NCBI GenBank assembly: GCA_937896365.1
Contig: CALBMH010000001.1
Span: 10,805 to 74,804 of the forward strand
Reading direction: 5' to 3'
Origin: an uncultured Alphaproteobacteria bacterium
GTDB lineage: Bacteria > Pseudomonadota > Alphaproteobacteria > Paracaedibacterales > JAKBAR01
Length of the DNA: 64,000 nucleotides
Positions 41,605-50,743 of this stretch are shown here, one piece after another. The notes beneath the pieces were generated by a model, which was not told where the DNA came from, searched no databases, and was given only the letters and a program-made list of their open reading frames with translations. Position 1 is the stretch's first letter, and each line of letters opens with the position of its first letter. The position numbers were made by a program, and so were the translations under genes.

Positions 41605-44244
41605 ATGATCAGCAAAACATTTACCCCCAAAGAGAGTGAGAGTTCTATCTATCAAAACTGGCTCGATAAAAATGTCTTTGCCTGTGATGTAAAATCACAT
41701 AAGCCCCCCTATACGATTATGATGCCGCCGCCCAATGTGACAGGAGCACTGCACATTGGTCATGCCCTCAATTCCACAATTCAAGATGTATTGGCGCGCT
41801 TTAAGCGACAAATGGGGTTTGATGTTCTTTGGCAGCCAGGAACAGACCATGCAGGTATTGCCACGCAGTTTATAGTGGAGCGTCAACTCAAAGAACAAGG
41901 CATGAATCGTCTTGAGCTGGGCCGCGAGAAATTCCTCGAAAAAGTGTGGGAGTGGAAAGAAGAATCTGGTAGCACAATTGTTAATCAGATGAAGCGTCTG
42001 GGTATCTCTCCTGATTGGGAACGTGCACGCTTTACTATGGATGAGGGGTTAAGCAATGCTGTAAAAGAAGTCTTTGTGAGGCTCTACAAGGATGGGTTGA
42101 TTTATAAGGATACGCGCCTTGTGAACTGGGATCCCTCCTTGCAATCAGCGATTTCAGACCTTGAGGTGATTAATCGTGAAGTCAATGGGAAGATGTATCA
42201 TATTGCTTACCCTTTGGCTGAGAATCCATCCATTACACTCGTGATCGCAACGACTCGCCCAGAAACGCTGTTTGGGGATACAGCAGTAGCCGTGCACCCG
42301 GAGGACGAGCGTTACCAGCATTTGATCGGAAAAATGATCAAAAAACCCCTTACAGGGAAGCTTATCCCCATTATTGCAGATGAACACTGTGACAAGGAGT
42401 TTAGTACAGGAGCCCTTAAAGTCACACCGGCCCATGACTTTAATGACTTTGCCATTGGCAAGCGCCATGGTTTGGAATTTATAAACATTCTTCGAGCTGA
42501 CGGCACGTTGAATGATACTGTGCCAAAACGATTTAGAGGTCTATCGGATACAAAAGCACGCAATGAAACGGTAGCAGCACTCGAAGAATGTGGTGCACTC
42601 GTAAGGGTAGAGGATCATAAACTTTCTGTACCTTACAGTGAAAGAAGCGATGTACCCGTAGAACCTTATCTCACAAAGCAATGGTTTGTGGCGATGGATG
42701 GACTCGCAGCCCATGCCCTCAAAGCTGTGGAGGAAGGTCAGACAACGTTCTTTCCCAAACAATGGGAGAATACGTATTTTGAGTGGTTGCGCAACATTCA
42801 ACCGTGGTGTATCTCGCGGCAAATTTGGTGGGGCCACCCGATTCCTGCTTGGTATGGTCCTGATGGTTATATTTTTGTAGAAAAGTCAGTTGATGAGGCC
42901 ATGGAGTCTGCGACAAGGCACTATGGCAGAACCACCGTTCTGACTCAGGACAGTGATGTGCTCGATACATGGTTTTCCTCCGCCCTTTGGCCTTTTTCAA
43001 CCCTTGGATGGCCCCATAAAACATCGGAGCTTGGAAAATATTATACAACCTCTGTGCTTGTAACAGGGTTTGATATTATTTTCTTTTGGGTTGCACGCAT
43101 GATGATGATGGGGTTGTACACACAGGGTAAAGTGCCTTTTGAGAAGATTTATATCCATGCCCTTGTGCGCGATGAAAGGGGACAGAAAATGTCCAAGACA
43201 AAAGGAAATGTCCTCGATCCCCTTGATTTAATTGAGGCATACGGTGCGGATGCGTTACGGTTTACCTTGGCTATTTCCGCAGCACCAGGGCGCGATATTA
43301 AAATTGGGGCGAAAAAAGTTGAAAATTATCGCAATTTTCTTACTAAGATCTGGAATGCTTGTCGTTTTTTGATGATGCAGAATGGGAGTGTATACAATCC
43401 AGATTTTGACCCTCTCAAGACATACCTAACACTTAGCCAGTGGATTATCAGCCATACAGCTCGCTTAGCAAGAGAAGTCAAAAATTACTTAGAAGATTTT
43501 CGTTTTGATTTGGCAGGGCAAAGCATTTATCACTTTGTATGGGATACCTATTGCGACTTTTTCCTTGAATTCATGAAGCCACTTATGAATGGTGGTGATC
43601 AAAAGGCACGGATTGAAATTTTGGAGACAGCCTTTTGGGTATTTGGTGAAATTCTTAAGATTATTCAACCTTTTGCACCGTTTATTAGCCAACATTTGTG
43701 GGAGAGCATGGGTGCCCAAGAAGGAACAGGTTTACTCTGCGAACAGCCGTGGCCTCATCTGGATGAACAGTACATCAATGAGAGTGCTGAGAAGATCATT
43801 GATCATCTTAGGAATGTGATCATCAAAATACGTAGCCTTCGTGCTGACTATCATGTGCCCGCAGCAGCCTTTTTGACACTTCAAGCATCAGAGACCTTGA
43901 AGGAGGAAATGTACCAAATACTTCTCAAACGGATGGCAAGGTTAAGTGATATTGGGTTTGAGAGAGACTACAAACCTATGGCAGGTGATATGCTACTCTC
44001 GGTGGACAATGTACCTTATTATCTGCAGTTGGGTAACAGCGTAGACCTTACCCAAGAAAAAATCCGTATAACAAAAGAGCTGGAGAGGCTAGAAAAAGAC
44101 CTGATATCCTGGGAATCCCGCCTCAGCAATGAAGACTTTATTAGCAAGGCCAAAGAAGAAGTCATTGACGAAATGAAAGAACGCGTGGCATCTGCGATCA
44201 TTCATGTCGAGCAAAAGAAAAAAGCACTGAGCTCTTTGGTTTAA
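41605..44244 (+). CDS. valS: valine--tRNA ligase
   Basis: The HIGH motif is PPPNVTGALHIGHAL and the KMSKS motif is KMSKTKGN. A C-terminal coiled coil is present. The start was taken at ATG 41605 (MISKTFTPKESE..), because the longer ORF from 41482 overlaps recO. Confidence 0.96.
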   Translation: MISKTFTPKESESSIYQNWLDKNVFACDVKSHKPPYTIMMPPPNVTGALHIGHALNSTIQDVLARFKRQMGFDVLWQPGTDHAGIATQFIVERQLKEQGMNRLELGREKFLEKVWEWKEESGSTIVNQMKRLGISPDWERARFTMDEGLSNAVKEVFVRLYKDGLIYKDTRLVNWDPSLQSAISDLEVINREVNGKMYHIAYPLAENPSITLVIATTRPETLFGDTAVAVHPEDERYQHLIGKMIKKPLTGKLIPIIADEHCDKEFSTGALKVTPAHDFNDFAIGKRHGLEFINILRADGTLNDTVPKRFRGLSDTKARNETVAALEECGALVRVEDHKLSVPYSERSDVPVEPYLTKQWFVAMDGLAAHALKAVEEGQTTFFPKQWENTYFEWLRNIQPWCISRQIWWGHPIPAWYGPDGYIFVEKSVDEAMESATRHYGRTTVLTQDSDVLDTWFSSALWPFSTLGWPHKTSELGKYYTTSVLVTGFDIIFFWVARMMMMGLYTQGKVPFEKIYIHALVRDERGQKMSKTKGNVLDPLDLIEAYGADALRFTLAISAAPGRDIKIGAKKVENYRNFLTKIWNACRFLMMQNGSVYNPDFDPLKTYLTLSQWIISHTARLAREVKNYLEDFRFDLAGQSIYHFVWDTYCDFFLEFMKPLMNGGDQKARIEILETAFWVFGEILKIIQPFAPFISQHLWESMGAQEGTGLLCEQPWPHLDEQYINESAEKIIDHLRNVIIKIRSLRADYHVPAAAFLTLQASETLKEEMYQILLKRMARLSDIGFERDYKPMAGDMLLSVDNVPYYLQLGNSVDLTQEKIRITKELERLEKDLISWESRLSNEDFISKAKEEVIDEMKERVASAIIHVEQKKKALSSLV

Positions 44245-44264
44245 GCCATAGCGTGCTATTCTTT

Positions 44265-45383
44265 TCAGGGGCTTTGCTCAAAGGCTTTGACGATTTCAAT
44301 GCGTTTCTTCTCCTCTGGGGTAGCGTTCGCATCAATCAGCGTCCAGTCGTAGAGTTTACCCATCTGTTTTTCAAATTTTCCCACGAGGTGAAATGTGCTC
44401 TTGACGAGGCCTCTCTCCTCTGGAGTAGGCTCACGGTTTTCAATAGGATATTGGTGAGTAGCAAACGAAAAAGGCCCTTTTTTAATTGTGCTTTGTGCCC
44501 CACTTATGATGAGTGTTCGTAAATTATGACCAACAAAGTCTGTAAGGTTGAGTAGCTTTTCCTTTTCTGAAGCAGTGCTCGTTCCGATATACTGCTGGGA
44601 CAGCTGTGTGTAAAAAACACTGAGACGAACAAACTCGTTAAAACCACCTTCACATCGCCCACTCGTCTTCTCCACACCCAAAGGGTAGGGAATGGACGCG
44701 TCGTCTCTCATCCCGCGCAATTTTTCCAGGATATCCCCTGGTTTTAGTGTTGTTGAAGGGAGGAAAGAGGCTTTTAAGAGCTCATAGAAAGGTTGATAGA
44801 GATAGATTTCGAGCGTTCTTTCTTTGCTATCACCCTTTTGTAGACATCTTACAATTTCTTTCGTGCCTTGACTTTTTGTCAGGAGACTCGCAAGATCTTG
44901 AAGTCTGACAAGGGCAACATCCTTGACTTCTCCACCTGTTGAAGTTGAAAAAGCATTTAAATTTATAGGATGTTTTTTTAAAAAATAGAGACGATAGGCA
45001 AAGTCATCCTTCAACCAGCGGTGAGGAGCTTGTGGGTTACCAAACGTGACTTTATCAAAGTAATAAGCCGTTTCAAGATCCTGTTGTATCACAGCCACAA
45101 CACCAGGAATTTCTTCACCTGTTTCCCTCAAAGCGCCCTCGGAAAAGAGACTTTCCTCCTCCTTGTCAAGAAGACCCCCCAGTGTTCCCCAAGGATAATC
45201 TGTTCTAGGACTATTCCTTTGTGTTAGAAGAACGTAATCGATATTATTAACTTTGGTAAAGAAAAGAATCCCAGCACCGCCATTCGTCGTACTTGCAACA
45301 GATGGAGCGTACAAAGGGTAAACAACGATAAAAGCGATAAAAAACAACGCACAACGCATGAGGAGCATCTCTGAAAAGAGCAT
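44265..45383 (-). CDS. signal-peptide protein with divergent Nudix-like N-domain and unknown C-domain
   Basis: The N-terminal hydrophobic leader is MRCALFFIAFIVVYPLYAPSVAS. It is followed by GILFFTK..YVLLTQRNS..WGTLGGLLDKEEESLFSEGALRETGEEIPG. This is Nudix-fold-like, with REtGEE retained but non-canonical spacing. About 200 further residues have no recognisable motif. Confidence 0.45.
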   Translation of the reverse strand: MLFSEMLLMRCALFFIAFIVVYPLYAPSVASTTNGGAGILFFTKVNNIDYVLLTQRNSPRTDYPWGTLGGLLDKEEESLFSEGALRETGEEIPGVVAVIQQDLETAYYFDKVTFGNPQAPHRWLKDDFAYRLYFLKKHPINLNAFSTSTGGEVKDVALVRLQDLASLLTKSQGTKEIVRCLQKGDSKERTLEIYLYQPFYELLKASFLPSTTLKPGDILEKLRGMRDDASIPYPLGVEKTSGRCEGGFNEFVRLSVFYTQLSQQYIGTSTASEKEKLLNLTDFVGHNLRTLIISGAQSTIKKGPFSFATHQYPIENREPTPEERGLVKSTFHLVGKFEKQMGKLYDWTLIDANATPEEKKRIEIVKAFEQSP

Positions 45384-45569
45384 TCATCTCATCCATGCTA
45401 CCGTATGAAGTCTAAGAAATCGTAAATTAAGGAAAATACAACAATAGAAAATAAGAAAAAATCTGAAATGGGAAAGCTGCTGTAAGACTGACCCTTTTGC
45501 ATTCTCCTTGCATTTTGTAAACTGATTTTATACAATGTCCCTAATTTTTGTATGTAATGGAGAAGTATA

Positions 45570-46169
45570 ATGGGCGGAAAAGAGACTCTCGCAGTCAAGA
45601 AGCGTGATGTTTTTGGAACAGGTGCTGCACGCGCTTGTCGTAGAGCGGGCATGGTTCCGGGCATCGTATATGGTGCAAGTAAAAATCCAGAAGGGATCGC
45701 TTTGGACCCAAAAACACTCGCAAAAGAACTTCACAAACCGGGTTTCTTCTCGCGTATTTTCCATCTTGATGTTGATGGTCACAAAGAGCAGGCTCTTGTG
45801 AAAGACATTCAACTTCATCCTGTAACGGATGCGCCTCTTCATATTGACTTTATGCGCGTTACGAAAGGCACGAAGGTGCATGTTCACATTCCCCTTTATT
45901 TTATCAATGAAGACAAGGCTCCTGCAATAAAGCGTGGTGGTGTGTTGAACATTGTTCACCATAGCCTGGAAATCATTGCAGCTGCTGATGCGGTCCCTGA
46001 GTCGTTCACCATTGATCTTTCAGTCCTTGATCTGTCTAAAGGGGTTCATCTGTCCGACATCGAAATGCCAGCAGGCGTCGTTGCTGCCCATGCGGCTCGG
46101 GATAACACACTTGCAACGGTCGTGATGCCAAAAGGTGACGCTGAAGCAAAAAGCGAAGAGGCTGAATAG
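45570..46169 (+). CDS. rplY: 50S ribosomal protein L25 / general stress protein Ctc
   Basis: L25/Ctc-typical stretches are RDVFGTGAARACRRAGMVPGIVYG, LVKDIQLHPVTDAPLHIDFMRV and PESFTIDLS, with an acidic tail. Confidence 0.9.
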   Translation: MGGKETLAVKKRDVFGTGAARACRRAGMVPGIVYGASKNPEGIALDPKTLAKELHKPGFFSRIFHLDVDGHKEQALVKDIQLHPVTDAPLHIDFMRVTKGTKVHVHIPLYFINEDKAPAIKRGGVLNIVHHSLEIIAAADAVPESFTIDLSVLDLSKGVHLSDIEMPAGVVAAHAARDNTLATVVMPKGDAEAKSEEAE

Positions 46170-46228
46170 AGTATAGTCATCCTCTCATATCATTTCTATC
46201 ATAAGGGGTTGGGGAGCCGGAATCTTCC

Positions 46229-46250
46229 GCAGGGGGGCCTGCTATTTTTT
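46229..46250 (+). terminator. weak intrinsic-terminator-like hairpin after rplY
   Basis: GCAGG-GGGG-CCTGC is followed by TATTTTTT. The stem is only 5 bp. Confidence 0.3.
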
Positions 46251-46338
46251 GACAATCAAAGGCTTGGATTCTTTTAACACATTGTTAAGGATCTTTTTCT
46301 CATCATAAACCACGAGGAAAGAATGATGGAAAGAGATA

Positions 46339-47487
46339 TTGTTGTTTTATTTTTTTTGTAGATCAGTACCCCCTTATGTTCTATGGCCCTCTCTCAGTGA
46401 GAAGGAAAAGCTGTTAAGCTTCCCATCCTTGGTGGTTATTGACCCTGACTTTGTGGAAGGGAAAAGGTTTCCCTTGAAAGATTTGTCTTACTATCGATGG
46501 GCGCTTCTCACATACTCAGTGAAGAAACAACAATGTATGGCAGGTTTTTTTACAGCGAGCCAGGTTTTAAAGGGATCTTTCTTACACTGTGTCAGTGTCA
46601 AGGAAGAAGGATTAGAGTCTTACCTTATCAGTTTTTATGAAAAGGGTGTTGCTCTCCCTAAGATCTTCTTTTTAGATGATTTGTTCTTTCAAGCAATCAA
46701 GAGTGCTCGCCTTCCCATGGGGCATTCCATCAATCAGTGGGTTTTTTTATTACGCAAAAAAAAATCTTTCTATTTTTTGAGCTGTTTTCATGATAACGCC
46801 TTGGTTTTTAAACGTACATTTGATAGTTCATCCTGTCTCATGGAGGAGATGACTGCGTCCCAAGCTTATCTGAAGCGTTTTGGATATAAGAATCATCAGA
46901 TTCAGGTTTTTTTCTTTGCCAATCAAGCGGAAGATTTCCCAATAATGGAAAACATTATTTGGAAGCGTGTTCCTTACAATCAGGATGACGTGATTCAAGC
47001 GGGGTTAAGATCGTCCCAGCGACTCATTTTTTCACTCCCTCACACGCCATTACTCAACAAAGCATGGTATTTCTCCTTGCTAAAGCGTGTTGGCGCCTTT
47101 GTTTTAGCTCCTTTGTGTGGGCTCTCTTTCTTTGCTTTTCTTTCTGTTCACTATGCCTATCATGAGGGAACTTTTGAAAAGCTCCGGAGGGACTTGGAGA
47201 AAGCGCAAGAACTTCCTAAGGACTACGCTCTTTTTCAGCAGCTGGAAGTGCGGCAAAAGCTCTTATTTGACGACGTTTTTTGGTCTAAACTGTCATCTTT
47301 TCTGAAAAACAGGGTGTTACCTGAGAGTATTGATGCCAATTTTATCGAGAATTCAGTCAAGCTTTCTTTTTCCAGTCCGTTAGATTTATCGTCTTGGACG
47401 CCGTTAAAAAAGAATTTTCAAGATTATCGTGTAACCATAATGCCACGATCAATTGCCTTTTTTAATAACCAAGCAAAGGCGCGGTAG
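46339..47487 (+). CDS. hypothetical bitopic membrane protein, GspL / PilM-PilN-fusion-like architecture
   Basis: About 245 aa of soluble N-part is followed by a single TM (VGAFVLAPLCGLSFFAFLSVHYAY). About 110 aa follow, beginning with a coiled-coil-like EGTFEKLRRDLEKAQEL. There is no catalytic motif. An RBS plus ATG at 46323 is out of frame by one T of a T8 run. Confidence 0.5.
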   Translation: MLFYFFCRSVPPYVLWPSLSEKEKLLSFPSLVVIDPDFVEGKRFPLKDLSYYRWALLTYSVKKQQCMAGFFTASQVLKGSFLHCVSVKEEGLESYLISFYEKGVALPKIFFLDDLFFQAIKSARLPMGHSINQWVFLLRKKKSFYFLSCFHDNALVFKRTFDSSSCLMEEMTASQAYLKRFGYKNHQIQVFFFANQAEDFPIMENIIWKRVPYNQDDVIQAGLRSSQRLIFSLPHTPLLNKAWYFSLLKRVGAFVLAPLCGLSFFAFLSVHYAYHEGTFEKLRRDLEKAQELPKDYALFQQLEVRQKLLFDDVFWSKLSSFLKNRVLPESIDANFIENSVKLSFSSPLDLSSWTPLKKNFQDYRVTIMPRSIAFFNNQAKAR

Positions 47488-48111
47488 ATGTTCACAGAGT
47501 CATTGAAAAAAAATTCACACGTTAATAAATCAATGGTATGGTTTTGTCTCTGGGGATGTTTGAATATCCTATGTATTGCTACGATAGTCGTATCGATTCT
47601 CTTAATTTCTGAGAATATCTCCCATTGGTATCAAGAGAAGAATCGTTTGGAGCATCGTTTCACCCTTGCAAAAAACAAGCAAGTCCAGGCTCAAAATCTT
47701 GTATCGATGGAAAATCTAAAAAAATCTTATACAAAAATTTACAAGATATTCGATAGAAAAGTGTTGGAATCCTGGTTACAAGAGTACGCAAATCACCATC
47801 ATTGTGAACTGTCGTTGCTATCACAAAAAGAGCCCCTACCCTCTTTTTTTAAGACAAGCGATGGAGTGGCTGAAGAACATACGGGTTATCCCTTGACACT
47901 TCATGTGCAAACTTTTTTTGACCACACTCTTTTTATGCTTATGAATAAACTTTTAGAAGAAGCGCCCTTTTATATCAATATACAAAGTTATGCACTTAAA
48001 CGTTTACAACCTCTGACAAATGGTGTTTTGATGAACATTAAGCAAGGTCAAAAATCATATTTTTTTGAAGGAAAAGTTGAGTTTCTGGTTGTGGCGTCTT
48101 CTCCTCGTTAA
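47488..48111 (+). CDS. hypothetical bitopic membrane protein, GspM/PilO-like architecture
   Basis: Its ATG directly abuts the stop of the upstream ORF (TAGATG). A short N-tail precedes a TM (MVWFCLWGCLNILCIATIVVSILLI). A heptad-like stretch and a roughly 120-aa C-domain follow. Confidence 0.5.
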   Translation: MFTESLKKNSHVNKSMVWFCLWGCLNILCIATIVVSILLISENISHWYQEKNRLEHRFTLAKNKQVQAQNLVSMENLKKSYTKIYKIFDRKVLESWLQEYANHHHCELSLLSQKEPLPSFFKTSDGVAEEHTGYPLTLHVQTFFDHTLFMLMNKLLEEAPFYINIQSYALKRLQPLTNGVLMNIKQGQKSYFFEGKVEFLVVASSPR

Positions 48112-48502
48112 GATGAGTGCGGCCCCCTTGTGCCCATCCTACGCAAAAGAAGAGGTCGTGAGTATTCTGCAAAAGCCTTCAGAGCAAAAACAAGTAGACG
48201 AGGCCCTTCAGTATCAGGAAAGCCAAAAGAAAGAAATGAAAGAAAGCCCTTTGAGAGAGAACCCCCAGCCTCACTCACTTTATACGATTGGCGCTCTGTT
48301 TTATACATCAGAAAAATCTTGGAGTATCTGGGTAAGCAATACAATTTACAACCAAGATCACAGAAAAATTAGCGAAACAATAACAGTCCGAGCGCTGAAT
48401 TCCCAAACGGTGGAATTAGCACACCTGGAAAAGAAAATTCTTCTTTTTGTGGGCCAGAGCTATGATGCCAACTCAAAGACTGTGATACCGAATACAGCTT
48501 AA
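48065..48502 (+). CDS. hypothetical exported protein, PilP/GspC-HR-like small beta domain (tentative)
   Basis: A TTG start at 48065 gives a signal-like leader (KLSFWLWRLLLVKMSAAPLCPSYA). The alternative ATG at 48113 lies 2 nt after the upstream stop. A Lys/Glu/Gln-rich linker is followed by a strand-like C-domain (LYTIGALFYTSEKSWSIWVSN..ITVRALNSQTVELAH..ILLFVGQSY). Confidence 0.45.
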   Translation: MKEKLSFWLWRLLLVKMSAAPLCPSYAKEEVVSILQKPSEQKQVDEALQYQESQKKEMKESPLRENPQPHSLYTIGALFYTSEKSWSIWVSNTIYNQDHRKISETITVRALNSQTVELAHLEKKILLFVGQSYDANSKTVIPNTA

Positions 48503-48506
48503 TCCT

Positions 48507-48911
48507 TTATACGCCATTTATCTCGAGATCTTTCTCACCCTCATGATCCGAAATGTCATCATCATGGTCATCAGCGTCAACATCATCATCTTCTTCCTCT
48601 CCAGTATCAGCAGTAGCCATAGAGGTTTGGATGTAATCACTTAAGATTTCCTCATCCAAGTCAGATTCAGCTTCTTCAACAAAACCAACGCGTTGCATCC
48701 CCCTGACGACCTGTTCACGAAGGCTTTCAGCAGAAATTGTCTGTTCTGCAATTTCACGAAGCGCAATCACAGGATTCTTGTCATTATCACGAGGAACCGT
48801 GATATGTGCACCACAGGATATCTCCCGAGCGCGGCGAGAGGCCAGAACGACGAGATCGAAACGATTCGGAACAACTTCAATGCAGTCTTCAACGGTAACG
48901 CGAGCCATCAT
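48507..48911 (-). CDS. rpoZ: DNA-directed RNA polymerase omega subunit
   Basis: The stretch [30 protein letters not shown] is omega-typical. It carries an unusually long poly-acidic C-terminal tail ([20 protein letters not shown]). Confidence 0.9.
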   Translation of the reverse strand: MMARVTVEDCIEVVPNRFDLVVLASRRAREISCGAHITVPRDNDKNPVIALREIAEQTISAESLREQVVRGMQRVGFVEEAESDLDEEILSDYIQTSMATADTGEEEDDDVDADDHDDDISDHEGEKDLEINGV

Positions 48912-49054
48912 CTTTCCTAAAAAACCTAATAATCCAAATAACTCTAAAGGACCCACAGGAATTCTTCAAGGAAAATACATGCAAAAATACCCTCTAAAGG
49001 TCTTTTGGGAGGTTTCGGTGTTTTCTGTTAGTTTCTTAATTAATTGGTAAGGTT

Positions 49055-49591
49055 TCATTCTTTATAGTCAAAAAATGTATAAGAAAGTGTGATCTCGTGC
49101 ACATCATCCAAGAGAGGATCGTCATTATAGTCCGGATCGAGAAAAAATTGAACAGGCATATCCATTTCCTCGTCCGGTTGTAAAAGCTGCTTTTCAAAGC
49201 AAAAACAAGCGACCTTATTAAAATAGGGCGCTGCTTTTTCAGGTGTTATGTTGTAGGTCGCCATTCCGATAATAGGTCGATTCGATGTGTTCCTCGCCTT
49301 ATAAAAAATGATTTTGACCTGCCCCAAACGCACATGTGTAAAAGATTGCATTGTTTTAAACTGCCATGGCAAGTCTCTGTGCGTGTTTGCTGTAAAATGA
49401 ACTTTGATGCGTCGCTCAAGTTTTTTTAAAGGAAGCTCAGACATCTTCGCAATACGCGGCGTGCCACCAAACCCTGTTTCCTTGCAAAACATCCGGTAGA
49501 GAGGCACCGACAAAAAAGCAAGACCTAGCATAAAAAAAACCAAGGATACAAGAATGATGGTAAGTCGCTTGTGATTAGGACCTTGCACCAT
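49055..49591 (-). CDS. ctaG: cytochrome c oxidase assembly (copper chaperone) protein CtaG/Cox11
   Basis: An N-terminal TM is followed by FCKETGFGGTP and CFCFEKQLL..MPVQFFLDPD (CFCF copper motif). Confidence 0.9.
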   Translation of the reverse strand: MVQGPNHKRLTIILVSLVFFMLGLAFLSVPLYRMFCKETGFGGTPRIAKMSELPLKKLERRIKVHFTANTHRDLPWQFKTMQSFTHVRLGQVKIIFYKARNTSNRPIIGMATYNITPEKAAPYFNKVACFCFEKQLLQPDEEMDMPVQFFLDPDYNDDPLLDDVHEITLSYTFFDYKE

Positions 49592-49597
49592 AAAGGC

Positions 49598-49702
49598 TAA
49601 AAATGCACGCGGATAAAGCCAACAGCATAAAGCAAGAGGGAAAGACCCACCAGAATCATCAAAATGGCAAGATTACGTCTACGTAAATTGAGGTCTTTCA
49701 TC
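49598..49702 (-). CDS. 34-aa single-TM peptide between ctaB and ctaG (CoxF-like position)
   Basis: The manual translation is MKDLNLRRRNLAILMILVGLSLLLYAVGFIRVHF*. It fills the ctaB-ctaG gap exactly. A small gene at this position is known in some alphaproteobacterial cox clusters. Confidence 0.45.
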
Positions 49703-49713
49703 AAACAAACACC

Positions 49714-50604
49714 TTACATAAATATTTTTTGATCAACAACAATAAGTAAGAACAAAAGAAAAAGATAAAGAAGAGAGTAAGCAAAGAGATGCATCTCGCC
49801 GCCTTTTTCCTTGTTAAGCAACATGACGCTGAAGGATATAAAGAATGCGCCAAGTATGCTACTTGCTAAAAGGAAAAAAAGGCTACTGAAACTGACAATC
49901 CACAAGGTAGGAGGGCAGATAACCGTAGCGAGGGTATATACCAAAATTTGTCTTTTTGTCGAATGAGGACCTTTCGTATTAGGCATCATAGGAATGCCTG
50001 CACGCTTATAATCATCACTCTTAATGAGGGCCAGCGACCAAAAATGAGGAATCGTCCAAAAGAAAATGATCGCTACCATCACAAGCGGAGGAATAGCAAT
50101 AGTTTTTGAAACAGACGTCCAACCGATAAGTGGAGGCAATGCTCCCGCAAGTCCGCCTATGACAATGTTTTGTTGTGTAAAAGGTTTGAGAACCATTGTA
50201 TAGATGACGACATAAAAAAAAATCGTGAAAGCCAGTAAGAAAGCTGAAATGTAGTTCACGCTCAGCCCTATCAGAACGACAGAGCCCACGGCCAAAATGA
50301 TTCCAAAAGCGAGGGCCGAATCACGATCAATGACCCCACGGGGAAGTGGACGGTTTTTTGTGCGCTCCATCATTCTATCCAGATCGGCTTCATACCACAT
50401 ATTCAGGCAACCTGAGGCCCCCGCACCGATAGCAATAGAAAGAATCGCCACAAAAGCAATAAGAGGGTGGATAGGCCCCGGTGCGACAAGAAGACCGCAA
50501 AACCCAGTAAACACGACGAGGGACATCACCCGCGGTTTGAGCAGATCACAATAGTCCTTGATGGACGCAGATTCAATAGGGTGCGCACAATGCAGGACCG
50601 ACAA
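49714..50604 (-). CDS. ctaB: protoheme IX farnesyltransferase (heme O synthase)
   Basis: The stretch YCDLLKPRVMSLVVFT..NMWYEADLDRMMERTKNRPLPRG..GGLAGALPPLIGW has a UbiA-type polytopic profile. Confidence 0.92.
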   Translation of the reverse strand: MSVLHCAHPIESASIKDYCDLLKPRVMSLVVFTGFCGLLVAPGPIHPLIAFVAILSIAIGAGASGCLNMWYEADLDRMMERTKNRPLPRGVIDRDSALAFGIILAVGSVVLIGLSVNYISAFLLAFTIFFYVVIYTMVLKPFTQQNIVIGGLAGALPPLIGWTSVSKTIAIPPLVMVAIIFFWTIPHFWSLALIKSDDYKRAGIPMMPNTKGPHSTKRQILVYTLATVICPPTLWIVSFSSLFFLLASSILGAFFISFSVMLLNKEKGGEMHLFAYSLLYLFLLFLLIVVDQKIFM

Positions 50605-50743
50605 AGGTGAAACTCACCAAAAGGTATTTTACTTAATTTACATAAAATTGTCATTTTTTGCAAAAGAGATTTCAGCTCATCGCGTATCCACCCAATTGAA
50701 ATTATATGAACAAAGCAAAGATCCTATGAAAGATAATTAACGT

